Source of the DNA: Octopus bimaculoides
Lineage: Eukaryota
Direction: 5' to 3'
Assembly (NCBI RefSeq): GCF_001194135.2
Contig: NC_068986.1
Coordinates: 115,925,952 to 115,989,951, forward strand
DNA: 64,000 nucleotides
Below are positions 40,762 to 55,040 of this stretch, one piece after another. The number at the start of each line of letters is the position of its first letter. The first letter of the stretch is position 1. A program made the position numbers and the translations under genes. The notes beneath the pieces are model-generated. The model had not been told where the DNA came from. It searched no databases and saw only the letters and a list, made by a program, of their open reading frames with translations.

Positions 40762-43077
40762 ATTTAGATTATCAGAGTCTAACAAACACTCTACAGTGCT
40801 TAAGCCACCTTGGGGCATTCCTCCTTTAATCTCTTCCACTGCAACTACAATGGCCTCTGCTCTTCTTCAGGATGACAAGCAGAATTAGTTTGTTTTAACA
40901 AGCCCATGCTGGAGCACCATCGTCATGTGCACCGACTCTGTCTGTCTCTTCACCACTACTGTCATGATGATCATTATTGTCACACCCTCACTGTATGGAA
41001 GAGACACTTTACCCAATCCTTCTACCTCAGGACATAAATCCCACTGGAATTCTTCATCTGCCTTTATTATATGACTTCCCATCTCTACCTACTCTCCAAT
41101 AATTCAAATAGAATATTTGGCTGACCCAGATATCAGCTATTCCCCCCTCCCCTCACCGCCCCCCAGCCTTAGGCCTTGAGTTCTTATGCAGGCTATGGGC
41201 ACTGTCCCGTCTCCTCTACTAATTTCTATCTATGTCTGCTATAATCACCAGTAGGATGGGTTGACACACTTTAATACCATATTATTGCTCCACATTCCTC
41301 CTTTCCACCCTCCCCCATTCTCTCTCTCTCTCTTTTCTATTCTTTCTTTTCTTCTTTTCTCCTCTCCCTTCCTTCTACCCCCTTTTCTTGTTTTCTTCTT
41401 CCTTTCTTCTTTTTTTTTCCTTTCTTTCTTCCTTTCATTCATTTTTCTTATCCTCTTTCATAAAAACTCTCTTGGTATTGACTTGCTCCTTTTGAAGTGG
41501 CGCCACTGTGGTGGTGGAATATGGTAGTAATTGTAGTGCTGGTGTTCACTGTAGTGTTGCTGTTGTTGTTGTTTAGCCCTTGGTAAGCTCTGATCAAGTA
41601 GACCTGTGATCATTAAGACTTTAGCCATGACCACTCTGCCTCTTTATATACCTTGGACTTCATTTGTTCAGATGGTCAGATGTAATTTGAGGTAATTTGG
41701 CTGCTATTTCTAGCAAGTGAAGTGACTAGTGATGATAGTGATTGTGGGGTGTTGGTTGTGATGGTGGTAGCGTTGGCTATGATGTTGATGGTGGTGGTGG
41801 TGGTAGTGCTGGTCACACAGAACTGGTTTTACTTCTTGTCACTACATAATTACAGATGTGGAGCTCATACATATTTTAGCCCTAACACCAAATTTCATCA
41901 AATTCTATTCCCTCTCTCCACCCCCGTCCGTCTCATTTACCATAGCAAGCAGTCTAGTCTTACTTGTTATTCATTCTATTGTCATTTGGTACCAGGCAGT
42001 TATGAGTTCAAATCCTGCCTGAGTCAACTTTTATCCACCTGCCAAATCGAGGTTGTTTAGTTTTAGGTCATCCCTGACCCAGCAGACCTCGGTTCAAAAA
42101 GCATTCCACTTGTGGCCATCCCATTTTTTTGAAAGGTGCCTAAGACTAGATTATCTATGATTATCTCATGTGTTCTTTTCTTTTTTTAAGACTTCGCAAT
42201 GTGACAAATAGGGAGATTTAACTGCTGTTTCTTCAAAGCTAAATCAACCAAGTGGAGGAATCCTCATTGGCACTAGTTGTTGTTTAGCCCCAGGTCAGCT
42301 ATGATTGAGCTGGCCTATGATCAGTTATTTCAACCATGTCCATCTTGTCCTTTTAGGGGTATATAAGGTTATATTATTCATTGTGTCCTCCATTATTTAA
42401 AGCAGTTGGGTGTAATTTGAGAGAAGTTTCGTTGTTGTTTCTTGCAAGTCAAACAACCACTTTATAGGGCTCCCTTATTGCTTCATATGAGAACCTATAA
42501 TTGTTGTATATTACTGCTTTGTTCTCCTTCCACCCCCACCCCTATTCCCTTTTCCTTTTTCCTTCCCTTCCTTTCTACTTCTCTTTCTCTCTCCCTTCTG
42601 CCCCTTCATTTCTTCCGTCATACTTTTGATCCTTGATCTTGTCAAGTCAAAGCTAAACTGGGGTCAAACAAAAAACACTTGCAGACGAGTGTAATTCGAG
42701 AGAAATACAGATTTGTAGGAGAATGATTGGGTAAAAAACAATATTTAGTTTGTTGGTTTGAGTTGGGCAAACTGTGGTAAGCAGTTTGTTAGTCTAGAAG
42801 GGCAGAAGCTGTAATAGTAGCGGTAGAAAGAGAAGTGAGAGGACACTGTGTGTTTGGGAGAAAGTGCTCATAGTGAATACTTGTCAATCAGCTTGGTGGC
42901 CTTCTTTTGTGTGTGTGTGTATGACTGCCCCAAATAGGTTAAGAGCATTCCAGTATAGACCCTTATGCTCTCTGGAAGGTTAATAACTGATCAGAGGGCT
43001 GTGCCCTTGAAAAGAGAGTTTGTGAGGTAGTTTTGGCGCTTTGATATATATGTGTGATGTTATCAGAGATTGTACAT

Positions 43078-43214
43078 GGGCACAGGAGTGGCTGTGTGGT
43101 AAGAAGCTTGCTTCCCAACCATATGGTTCTGGGTTCAGCCCCACTGCATGACTCTTTTGGCTGACCAAAGCCTTGTGAGCGTATTTGGTAGATGGAAACT
43201 GAAAGAAGCCTGTC

Positions 43215-43258
<44 letters not shown>

Positions 43259-43642
43259 TTACACTCTGTCAATGTGAATACCCGTCAGAGTGTAAGTATC
43301 TTGAGAGAAAAGCTGAACATTAGAAGCATCAGTTGTGGTGTGCAAGAGAGACGATTGCGCTGGTATGGACATGTGGTGAGAATGGATGAGGATAGCTGCG
43401 TGAAAAAGTGCCACAGCCTAACAGTTGAGGGAACCCGTGGAAGTGTCTGTGTTTGTCCCCCCACCATTGCTTTGACAACCGATGTTGGTGTGTTTACATC
43501 TTAGCAGTTCAGCAAGAGAGGCCAATAGAATAAGTACTAGGCTTACAAAGAATAAGTCCTGGGCTCAATTTGTTCAACTAAAGGCAGTGCTCCAGCATGG
43601 CCACAGTCAGAAAGACTGAAACAAGTAAAAGAGCAAAAGAGC
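43078..43642 (+). mobile_element. SINE family A copy hosting an RTE fragment
   Basis: Head 43078-43215, RTE insert, then body and tail to 43642. Confidence 0.8.
43258..43437 (+). mobile_element. RTE ORF2 C-terminal fragment nested in a SINE microsatellite, with 5' fold-back
   Basis: SVSILREKLNIRSISCGVQERRLRWYGHVVRMDEDSCVKKCHSLTVEGTRG. 11-bp inverted repeat at its 5' end. Confidence 0.85.
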
Positions 43643-44857
43643 ATTTGTAGTGACTTCGAAGGACTTCATTGTGTTTGTTTGAAGACGAGTGAAGTAGTTT
43701 CTTTTGCTGTGTGCAGAGATTGCTTTTGGCATTGTTGGAGATAAGTGGTGAGTCTTCTTTAATCCTTTTCTTACCATTTTTCTGTTTAATTACGTTAACT
43801 TTGCTTCAATTAATTTTGAAAATAAGGAAGAATTTAGTAAAATAATGGTTGTTATTGAATTGGTCTTTCCAACATTTTTTGTCCATCTTTACATTCTGAG
43901 TTCAAATTTTGCTGAGGCTGGCTGCTTTCCATCCTTTCAGGGTTGATAAAATAAGTACCAGTTGAACACTGAAGGGTCAGTGTAATCAATATACCTTATC
44001 CCCTGAAATTGCTGGCCTTGTACTAAAATTTAACTCCCCTCCTCCTCCTCCTCCTTCTCCTTCTCCCCCGCCACCACCAAAGCAGTATTTCGTCTGTCTT
44101 TATGTTCAGAGTTCAAATTCTGTCAAGGTTGACTTTACCTTTCATCCTTTCGGCATCAAAAAAACTAGAACTCGTTGAGTGCTGGGGGTCAATATAATTG
44201 ACCTCCCCTCCTCCAAAATTGCTGGCTTTGTGTCAAAATTTGAAACCAATATTAAATTGGTATTTCGAACACAACATAAAATTTGATTGGGGTTTCTAAT
44301 TTAGGGTCTTTTAAAACAGCAAACTTGTATTGCTTAAGCAGGAGTGGTCTTAGGCGGGTTGGCCTCAAAGAGTTAAGTTAGGCTCAAAAGATGCAGCACA
44401 TATTCTTTGCTGTTTATCTACAACTAATTGTGGTGTTGCATTGGTAATAAACAGAGAGGCACATACATACAGATATAATTACATACTTACACATACACAA
44501 CTACATACACAGCAACAGACACATATAATTGCAGACATGCACAAGCCAACAGACATTACTGCACACATGCACTCATACACATAGACACACACACACACAA
44601 GCATACTGATACAACCTGACCTGTATGCACAGTTACACACACCTACACACACACACACAGAGTACTATGCATACTCACATATACAGACTATTATATATGC
44701 CTACATATACACACACACCTTCCAACATTATACTAGCCAAGCTGACTCCTGTACCTACCCCCCCCCCACTCTTGCTCTCTCTATCTTATTTTATGTTAAA
44801 AACTGTAATTACATTATATTCAATTGTGTTAACATTGTAATATATATTTATACTTTA

Positions 44858-44898
<41 letters not shown>

Positions 44899-46369
44899 TA
44901 TGTTTACCTGGAAAGAATCCTGTTATCTGTACACATGTAATAAATACTCCCTACCACCACCATCATCACCACCACCACATCTGTTTTTCCATACTGGTAG
45001 GAGTTAGATGAGATTTATTGAAGGAGTTTTTCGATGGCTGGATGCTCTTCCTGCCAACAACTCTTGTCTTTCAAGTAAGGTATTTTATTTCACCGGCCCT
45101 CACACATCTGATAAACCTGTTGAACTTCTTTAATTTTGTTCACTGAGGAATGTAAAAAATGTCACGTTTTTGCCCAAATGGCATTGAAAGAGATACAAAC
45201 ATGCTGGCTTCCAAATATATTTATATAAATATAGGTGCAGGCATGGCTGTGTTTGTCCCTCCACCATCGCTTGACAACCCTTATGTCCCTGTAACGTAGC
45301 AGTTTGGCAAAAGAGACTGATAGAATAAGTACTAAGCTTACAAAGAATAAGTCCTGGGGTCAGTTTGTTCGACTAAAAGTGCTGCTCCAGCATGGCTGCA
45401 GTCAGATAATTGAAGCAAATAAAAGAACACTTATTATATATATATATATATANNNNNNNNNNNNNNNNNNNNNNACAATCAATGTGCTAGAAATAGATCA
45501 CATCTTGTGTCTATTAAGACCTAAATTTTTCTCAACATGAAATATAGCGGAATACCAAAACGTAAGCGGGCAAGACATTTAAAATCACCGAAAAAAATGT
45601 CCACGTTAGTGGTCAACGCTATATATAAAAATGTACTTTAATCTCCTGAGATTGCAGATATTATTTCTGAATCTCTTTGATTCTTTAAATGTGCTAGCTT
45701 CCTGGTAATTAATCGATATTAATTAATATATGATTACTTACCATATTTTATAATTATATATATATATATATATATATACAGGGTTGGCCAAAGGTCACCT
45801 GACAGTAAATCAAAATCCCATAAATACTGTCGTCTTATTTTGACCCAAATGGAAAAATGGTGTCCCTGAAGGACTTCAGTTTGAACAATTTTCATATTTA
45901 GGTGCCTTTATGAAATTCATTCAGTTAAAAAGGCACTTAAAAAGTACCATTTGAATGTGACCTGTGCCAGTGGCACGTAAAAAGCCGTTGCCAGCCTCCT
46001 CTGGCCCCTGTGCTGGTGGCATGTAAAAAGCACCCACTATACTCACAGAGTGGTTGGCGCTAAGAAGGGCATCCAGCTGTAGAAACATTACCAGATCAGA
46101 CTGGAGCATGGTGCAGATTAAATGATGATGATGATGATGTTAAACATAAATAAATCTTGAAATTAAATGGTTTGGATTTACTGTCNNNNNNNNNNTGTAT
46201 GGCACTTTGTGTAACTATCTAGCAAATCTCTGAGCTGATCAATGCTTTGTTAGGGAATTTGCAGGTAGCCCATTCTGTATGTAAATGTGTCTGTATCTCT
46301 GTATTTGAGCCAATGAGGGACTTGTTCTACCTTCTAGAAATAGTATCATCACGCACATACCCATGCCAT

Positions 46370-46402
<33 letters not shown>

Positions 46403-47013
46403 AAGGGTAAAATTAATTAATTAATTAATTAATTAGTTGAATATAGGTTATGCGATGGCGCTTGATCACGTACATATTTAATTCTAACACTCACAGATTT
46501 ATATTTCGAAATGGTAGACTTTGTCACGCTGCATCGTACTGATTCTGTCTGTGGAATACACAACCACGTACACTTTACGACAATGAGTAGGCAGTTCAGC
46601 TGATCATGCACCTGAAAGCCAGTCATTATTGATATCAGCACAAGTTCCATTTACTTTTACTTCACCTATATAAATATCATCATCATCATCATTTAACGTC
46701 CGTTTTCCATGCTGGCGTGGGTTGGACGGTTCGACTGGGGTCTGGGAAGCCAGGAGGCTGCACCAGGCCCCAATCTGATCTGGCAGTGTTTCTACAGCTG
46801 GATGCCCTTCCTAATGCCAACCACTCTGAGAGTGTAGTGAGTGCTTTTTATGTGCCACCGGCACAGGGGCCAAGGGAGCTGGCATCGGCTACGATCGGAT
46901 GGTGCTTTTTACGTGCCACCGATCGATCGTGGCATAAAGCCTCTTTCAACAGCAGCAGCAGCAGCAGCAGCACCACCACCACCACCACCACCACCACTCA
47001 GGGTTTATAGTCC

Positions 47014-47044
<31 letters not shown>

Positions 47045-47279
47045 CCAATGGATATATATACACACACGCACACACACCCACTTTGTTGGTTACTATCATT
47101 AAAGTTTAAAGTCCACATTGAATATAGGCTATCACATTCTTTGTATTGTGCTAAATACCTTAGCTGTTGTTGTCATTTTATATGTGTATGTCGTATATAT
47201 AGGTGTGTAATGCATTCACATATATTATATGTCTGTCTGTGTGTGTGTTTTTTTAATGAGATTTTTGTTTGTATGTACT

Positions 47280-47331
<52 letters not shown>

Positions 47332-47372
47332 TGTGACATGTATTGAGGTGTGTTGTGTATATAGGTGTATGG

Positions 47373-47408
<36 letters not shown>

Positions 47409-48015
47409 CTTGTTATATCTGTATTCTATGTTCAGCCTGCATAGTGGTTGGTTAACATAGTATTTGATTCTTGTGTCACTGCACCCCACCACCTACCCTG
47501 GCCACTTCTCTGTGTGTGTATTTATGTAGGTGTTTAGGTTGGTTACATATTCTTACCTGCCCCTCCCCCCTCCCCGTCCATTCTGATTTATTGTTCATGC
47601 TTGTAAGAAGTGTGAAGGATGTTAGTAGTAGTAGTATTGTTGTTGTTGTTGTTGTTGTTGTTAAGTCCCAGCTCATCCTTGATTTATTAGACAAACCAAT
47701 CTACCCGCTTTGATCATAACCGTTCCATCCTATCTTTATTCAAATACACATTATGCTTTATACAATACGTCTTTATTTTCTCAAAGCCATTTTGATATTA
47801 TTAAAGGAAAACTTGACTGTTATTTCTAGCAACTTGAGCGACCACGTATTGTGATGTTATTGCTCAGCCCCAGGTCACCTGGTGACTTACGACCATCCTG
47901 TCTTTTCTGTAGACATAGGATATGTAGTATTGCATTAACCATAGTAGGGTGTAATTTTGAGGGATATTTGACTGCTACTTCTTGCAGTTACCCCACCATA
48001 TTGATCATAATGTAT

Positions 48016-48423
48016 TCTCTTTTACTCTCTTTTACTTGTTTCAGTCATTTGACTGTGGCCATGCTGGAGCACTGCCTTTAGTCGAGTAAATCAACCCCAG
48101 GACTTATTCTTTGTAAGCCTAGTACTTATTCTATCGACCTCTTTTGCCGAACCGCTAAGTTACGGGGACTTAAACACACCAGCATTGGTTGTCAAGCGAT
48201 GTTGGGGGGACAAACGCAGACACAAACATATACACACACATACATATATATACATATATACGGCGGGCTTCTTTCAGTTTCTGTCTACCAAATCCACTCA
48301 CAAGGCTTTGGTCGGCCCGAGGCTATAGTAGAAGACACTTGCCCAAGGTGCCACGCAGTGGGACTGAACCCAGAACCATGTGGTTGGCAAGCAAGCTACT
48401 TACCACACAGCCACTCCTGCGCC
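48016..48423 (-). mobile_element. tRNA-headed SINE family A (CORE-like centre, (TA/TG)n spacer, AAAGAGT-type tail), well-preserved copy
   Basis: Head GGCTGTGTGGTAAGTAGCTTGC..GGGTTCAGTCCCACTGCGTGGCACCTTGGGCAAGTGTCTTCTACTATAGCC on the minus strand. Confidence 0.85.
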
Positions 48424-49248
48424 ATATATTGTTAATGGTGCAGGCATATCTTGTGTATACAATAGGGTATGACTTGGTGATGTTTAGGACTTCATCAGTT
48501 CTGAAAAGGTTTTTTTTTTTAAAAAACAAAAAGGTGTTGTAGGTACATCTAACATAGAACTATATAAACCGAATGTGACATGGTGTAGCTGGTTTAAGGG
48601 CATTGAATAAATTAAAGTGGGAATGTAATTAATGAGTGAATAAGTTCCCACAGTGGAACTGTTAAATGTTTCAAACTGATTGGCGCCAAATTTATGTAAA
48701 AGTTTTTATCCCATCCTTTTTTTAATGTCCCTTTTTCCATGCTTGCATGGGTCAAATGGAGGCAGGGTTTCTACAGCTGGCTACCCTTCTTGTAGCCATC
48801 TGGTTCACCAGTCCTCAGTCAAATCGTCCAACCCATGCTAGCATGGAAAGTGGACATTAAATGATGATGATGATGGTGATGATGATTATTAATTCTGTTA
48901 ATTATTAATTAAAAGCAAATTACTCCTTTGAAATTTATCAGGGTGGAATAATTAAGAACAAACATTATGACATAACTAAGTAGCTTTAATTATTAGTGAT
49001 GGTGGTGAAGTTGGTGCTGTACTCCAGTAAATTTTCTGAAATGTAGATGAGAGTGGTAGATATGACCCAGGTGAATGGGCATCCCCTCATCTTCATACCT
49101 ATGGACTAGAGAAGCCATTTGAGAGAGGGCCTCCTGCCATTGATTTCCTGATTAATTTTTCATAGATACAGTCCTATCTTATGTCTTATTATTTTGTTGT
49201 TTGTCTGCTTTTCATATTTGATTTCTGATTTTATTATTTGTCCCTGTT

Positions 49249-49626
49249 GTGGAGGCGCAATGGCCCAGTGGTTAGGGCAGTGGACTTGCAGTCGTAGGAT
49301 CACGGTTTTGATTCCCAGACAGGGTGTTGTGAGTGTTTATTGAGCGAAAATACCTAAAAGCTCTATGAGGCTCCGGCAGGGGATGGTGGCGAACCCTGCT
49401 GTACTCTTTCTCCACAACTTTCTCTCACTCTTATTTCCAGTTTCTGTTGTGCCTGCATTTCAAAGGGTCAGCCTTGTCACACTGTGTCACACTGAATATC
49501 CCCGAGAACTACGTTAAGGGTACACGTGTCTGTTGAGTGCTCAGCCACTTGCACGTTAATTTCACGAGCAGGCTGTTCCGTTGATCGGATCAACTGGAAC
49601 CCTCGTCGTCGTAACCGACGGCGTGT
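49249..49626 (+). mobile_element. tRNA-headed SINE family D (single copy in window)
   Basis: Head GGAGGCGCAATGGCCCAGTGGTTAGGGCAGTGGACTTG..GGTTTTGATTCCC, then a unique GC-richer body. Confidence 0.7.
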
Positions 49627-49984
49627 CAATTTGTCCCTGTTAATGTCTCTTCATCCCTTGCCCTTCTGGCAGATACATAAACAATTATCATTGATTTGTC
49701 TACATAGGTACGAGGCTAGACATTTTACTGAGAACTCAGTTGATTAAATCAACCCCTGTAAACGGCTGTAGCTTTTATTTTATTGACCCAGGAAAGATTC
49801 AAGGCAAGATAGACCTAGGTAGGATTTGAACTTAAAGAGACACAGACTAGATTACATCAAACTGTTTAACCTTTTGACAAGTTGCAACTTGCTCTGGTTG
49901 TTTGTTTGAAAGTCATCAAATGATATTAATTTTGCATGTGTTAAACAACCTAATGATGCAAAGTAAATCTTGCACCACATTACT

Positions 49985-50402
49985 TCATCATCATCATCGT
50001 CGTTTAACATCCGCTTTCCATGCTGGCATGGGTTGGATGGTTTGACTGAGGGCTGGCGAGTCAAAAGACTGCACCAGGCTCTAATCTGATCTGATAAAAA
50101 ATTTCTACAGCTGGATGCCCTTCCTAACACCAACCACTCCGAGAGTGTAGTGGGTGCTTTCTACGTGCCAACGGCACGAGGGTCAGTCAGGCAGTACTGG
50201 CATCGACCATGCTTGAATGGTGCTTTTTACTTCCTGGATCTACCTCTTCCACAGGTTCCCTCTACTGCTAGGCTGGCATATTTTCACACAGCTATCCTCA
50301 TCCATACGCAACACATGACCATACCAGCATAGTCATTTCTCTTGCACACCACATCTGATGCTTCTTAAGTCCAACTTTTCACTCAGGGTACTTACACTCT
50401 GT
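49985..50402 (-). mobile_element. RTE LINE 3' fragment with internal deletion
   Basis: The (CAT)n/CCATGCTGGCATGG tail and 3'UTR are joined directly to ORF2-end sequence (WYGHV region), skipping the 3'UTR part seen at 31100-31380. Confidence 0.7.
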
Positions 50403-51502
50403 CCTTAATTTATTATTTTACTCATAAATAAGATTAACTGATTACATCAGATTTTTACTAGACTACTGACCTCTCTTCAATCAAATCAGGAATTTTTAAA
50501 ATGTGTACGCTTTTTACTTTAATCTGAAACGGTTCAACTGTCACCGAAATAACAAGTTTAAATTAATGCAGTCACATTTTCAATGTTAGGTCACAAAAGT
50601 AAATTTACTTTATATTAAGGTTGTGTCAGGTGAGAATATTTGACTGTTACATTTGATGTCATAGTTAATCTATGGAAAATCTTTTCTAAAGCCAAATCCT
50701 ACATTAATGGGTTAACAAAATGCTTGAGAGGTTCTCTCTCTCTCTCTCAAAAAAAAAGCTACATCTCTTTAAAAAACTTAAGAGCATCTAATGATTGCAT
50801 AAATTCCAGTGATGGGATGTTTTCTTTATATCTGCATTTAAAGATAGATCACCAGACACATCCTAAACCATTCCCATTGTGATTTACATATTTTTGGCAT
50901 GTTTGTTGTAATGTTGCTTATTTCCCCTGTGTTTTCCTTTCTGTCTCTTTCGGTCTTTTTTTTCCTGTGAGCATTCTTTGCTCAAATGTCATCTACTTTG
51001 AATGCAACTGGCAAAAGTCTTGTTCTTAGCTTGAAGAATGGCAAAATAGATTGTTTTGACCATGAAGCCTTGGGTAGCTTTATTTCAAAAGACTTCATGG
51101 TTTTCATAGTAACATGATCTTTACTCTGTTAGCTGATTGAGTGCTACATGTTGAAGTCTTACCACACACTATATATGTACATGTGTGTGTGTGTGCGTAT
51201 TGAAAGAAAGAAAATGGAGTATAATGGATGTACAAGTAATTTATTTGTATGATATAAAGATGCTGAAATTTTTTTTATAAAAGCAGTACAAATAAATTAT
51301 AAATTGTAAAGCTCTAAAAAAAATAGCAGATGCCAAAAACCTACATATATGTTTCGATTCATGCCCTTAGATGATACATAATTCTAAGCATTTGCTAAGA
51401 ATTGGTATCATTTTCTCCTTATATGATAGTAATTAACCTGTGGAATTTTTGGATTATTTAATCCCCAGTGAGGACCTGACATCCTTGAATTGACTATATA
51501 TA

Positions 51503-51568
<66 letters not shown>

Positions 51569-51943
51569 TATATANNNNNNNNNNNNNNNNNNNNNNNNNN
51601 NNNNNNNNNNNNNNNNNNNNNNNNNNNNNNNNNNNNNNNNNNNNNNNNNNNNNNNNNNNNNNNNNNNNNNNNNNNNNNNNNNNNNNNNNNNNNNNNNNNN
51701 NNNNNNNNNNNNNNNNNNNNNNNNNNNNNNNNNNNNNNNNNNNNNNNNNNNNNNNNNNNNNNNNNNNNNNNNNNNNNNNNNNNNNNNNNNNNNNNNNNNN
51801 NNNNNNNNNNNNNNNNNNNNNNNNNNNNNNNNNNNNNNNNNNNNNNNNNNNNNNNNNNNNNNNNNNNNNNNNNNNNNNNNNNNNNNNNNNNNNNNNNNNN
51901 NNNNNNNNNNNNNNNNNNNNNNNNNNNNNNNNNNNATATATAT

Positions 51944-51996
<53 letters not shown>

Positions 51997-52237
51997 TATA
52001 CATACATGGGTGTGTCTGATTATGCATGCAAGAATATATTAATGAAAGGAATTCCAACTTTGTTTGCTTTTCATGTTTTATTTACAATCTTATAATGATA
52101 ATAATAAAAGATAATAAAATGAAATGATAGAATATTAAATGTCCATTCTGGTTGTGCTAGTACTTTCATGCATTAAACTATGCAATCTTCAGGTTCACAT
52201 AGTAGTGGTGAGAGTTATGTTTTACAATTTACAACTG

Positions 52238-52739
52238 TTTATTTATGGTGGTTGTCTACTCCTTGTGCAGAGTTTGACCACCTCCTGTACCTAAACCTTA
52301 GATCCATCATGGTGTCTGCTGTAACTTTTTAAACCAGACAATGTTCTGAAAAGATATCCACATATATTGCATATCCGATTTGGACCACCAAGAGCTGCAG
52401 TTAAGTTTTGATCTTTGTGGATCTTAAAATGTCTTTTGAGGCCTCCGTTAGATTTGAAGACCTTATGGTATACATGGCATTGCTGGAGGTTCGTTTTCCA
52501 TGCGTTCGCAAATGAGATTTGAGCCCAGCAAAAGAAAGGCATCGTCTGTCACAAACTGTACATAAAAAGACGTCGTTGTGACTCACCTCGATCGTAACAT
52601 TCTTCTTTAAATCTCTCTTGAGTCTTGCATGTGTTATCCTGGTCTCTTCAAACGCTTTCACTCCACTCTTTTGTTCGCCATCCAGCTCCATCTAAAGCAA
52701 GGGTTTCTATGTCCTCTGGATCCATTCCAGGTGACTTCA

Positions 52740-52745
<6 letters not shown>
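52238..52745 (-). mobile_element. LINE (RTE/RTEX-like) 3' end: ORF2 C-terminus with three C2H2 zinc fingers, frameshifted
   Basis: MDPEDIETLALDGAGWR / GVKAFEETRITHARLKR, then CTVCDRRCLSFAGLKSHLRTH, CHVYHKVFKSNGGLKRHFKIH and CNICGYLFRTLSGLKSYSRHH. Short 3'UTR ending CCATAAATAAA. Confidence 0.75.
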
Positions 52746-52776
<31 letters not shown>

Positions 52777-53108
52777 NNNNNNNNNNNNNNNNNNNNNNNN
52801 NNNNNNNNNNNNNNNNNNNNNNNNNNNNNNNNNNNNNNNNNNNNNNNNNNNNNNNNNNNNNNNNNNNNNNNNNNNNNNNNNNNNNNNNNNNNNNNNNNNN
52901 NNNNNNNNNNNNNNNNNNNNNNNNNNNNNNNNNNNNNNNNNNNNNNNNNNNNNNNNNNNNNNNNNNNNNNNNNNNNNNNNNNNNNNNNNNNNNNNNNNNN
53001 NNNNNNNNNNNNNNNNNNNNNNNNNNNNNNNNNNNNNNNNNNNNNNNNNNNNNNNNNNNNNNNNNNNNNNNNNNNNNNNNNNNNNNNNNNNNNNNNNNNN
53101 NNNNNNNN

Positions 53109-53145
<37 letters not shown>

Positions 53146-53520
53146 GGCGCAAGAGTGGCTGTGTGATAAGTAGCTTGCTTACCAACCACATGGTTCCAGG
53201 TTCAGTACCACTGTGTGACATCTCAGACAAGTGTCTTCTACTATAGCCTCGGGCCAACCAAGGCCTTGTGAGTGGATTTGGTAGACGCAAACTGAAAGAA
53301 GACCATCGTATATATATTTATGTTTGTGTGTCTGTGCTTGTCTCACCACACCATCACTTGATAACCGATGTTGGTGTGTTTACGTCCCCCATAACTTAAG
53401 AGACCGCTAGAATAAGTACTAGGCTTACAAAGTATATGTCCTGGGGTTGATTTGTTTGACTAAAGGCGGTGCTCCAGCATGGCCGCAATCAAATAACTGA
53501 AACAAATAAGAGAATAAAAG
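53146..53520 (+). mobile_element. SINE family A copy
   Basis: Same head and tail. Confidence 0.8.
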
Positions 53521-53983
53521 AAAGACTATATCTGTTCCAGACGTGGTGGGGAGAAAGAGACAGGTGATATAAAGCACAGTCCTGTGGTTCTTTGTTTCGG
53601 TCCCTGACAGAGTTATGAAATTTAAAATACCATTCCTCTTCCCCTCACCTCTACTATGGTGTTGTTAGATTCATCCAATAAAATTGAGAAATTGTGAACA
53701 TAGCAAACCTTGGAATCTATCTCTAGGATGGTCAGAAGACTTTGGATGCAATGCTTAAGTATAGCCTTTAGTAGACTTAGGCATAGTTGCCTTTCTCTAT
53801 TTAGGTCATTGGTTATCACTTGTAAGATTTGAACCCCTCTCCAGAGCTTTGTCCTATAATCTTTTCTCAACCACCTTGGTATGACAACAGCTCATAAAAC
53901 ACACACACACTTATATATATATGCATGCAGCTTCGCTTATTTTACTAGGTCATATGGTGTTGCTTTGAAACCTGCTCTAACTA

Positions 53984-54029
<46 letters not shown>

Positions 54030-55040
54030 GATATATATACATATACACACACATATTTGTGTTCTATCTCTCTGTATGTCTATGTGTGTGTACGTATGTA
54101 TATATATATATATATATATATATAAACATGTACACACACACACACAATATGGTTTTGAATAAATGTAGTGCACGTGGCTGGCAGTGNNNNNNNNNNNNNN
54201 NNNNNNNNNNNNNNNNNNNNNNNNNNNNNNNNNNNNNNNNNNNNNNNNNNNNNNNNNNNNNNNNNNNNNNNNNNNNNNNNNNNNNNNNNNNNNNNNNNNN
54301 NNNNNNNNNNNNNNNNNNNNNNNNNNNNNNNNNNNNNNNNNNNNNNNNNNNNNNNNNNNNNNNNNNNNNNNNNNNNNNNNNNNNNNNNNNNNNNNNNNNN
54401 NNNNNNNNNNNNNNNNNNNNNNNNNNNNNNNNNNNNNNNNNNNNNNNNNNNNNNNNNNNNNNNNNNNNNNNNNNNNNNNNNNNNNNNNNNNNNNNNNNNN
54501 NNNNNNNNNNNNNNNNNNNNNNNNNNNNNNNNNNNNNNNNNNNNNNNNNNNNNNNNNNNNNNNNNNNNNNNNNNNNNNNNNNNNNNNNNNNNNNNNNNNN
54601 NNNNNNNNNNNNNNNNNNNNNNNNNNNNNNNNNNNNNNNNNNNNNNNNNNGGGTGGGTGGGGCTTGTAATTTAGTGCTGAACTGTCAAAAAGACAACTGA
54701 ACTACTTTCTCAATGGCTTCACCCTCCCTGCTTTCTCTCTGTTTGTGTGTAGCTCTGGCTTTTGTAGTACATTGTTAGGGGTGGATACACAGTGGAAATG
54801 TACACTACTTGAATAGCTTGTGGGTATATTGATAGGTGGGTACAAGTTTTGGTGGCCTGTTGGATGGTTGGACTGAGAGAGACTGTGTAGCCAGATAGGT
54901 AGATTGACTGGATAAATAGCTAGCTATTCAGACGCGCACACATGTGCGCGTGCGCATGTACACGCATGCACATACACTGTTGGCTGATAGGTAGACAGAC
55001 TGGATAAATTGGAAGATACTGTGACAGGCTGATGTGTATA

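Noticed and set aside
45779-45900. Tc1/mariner element starting TACAGGGTTGGCCAAA (also CAGGGCTGTGGAGTC near 38959)
   Set aside because: Only one terminus found; boundaries cannot be supported.
21948-52590. About six TGA(C/G)TCA AP-1 sites in intron 1 as JNK feedback elements
   Set aside because: Roughly the number expected by chance for a 7-mer on both strands of an AT-rich region this long; no clustering.
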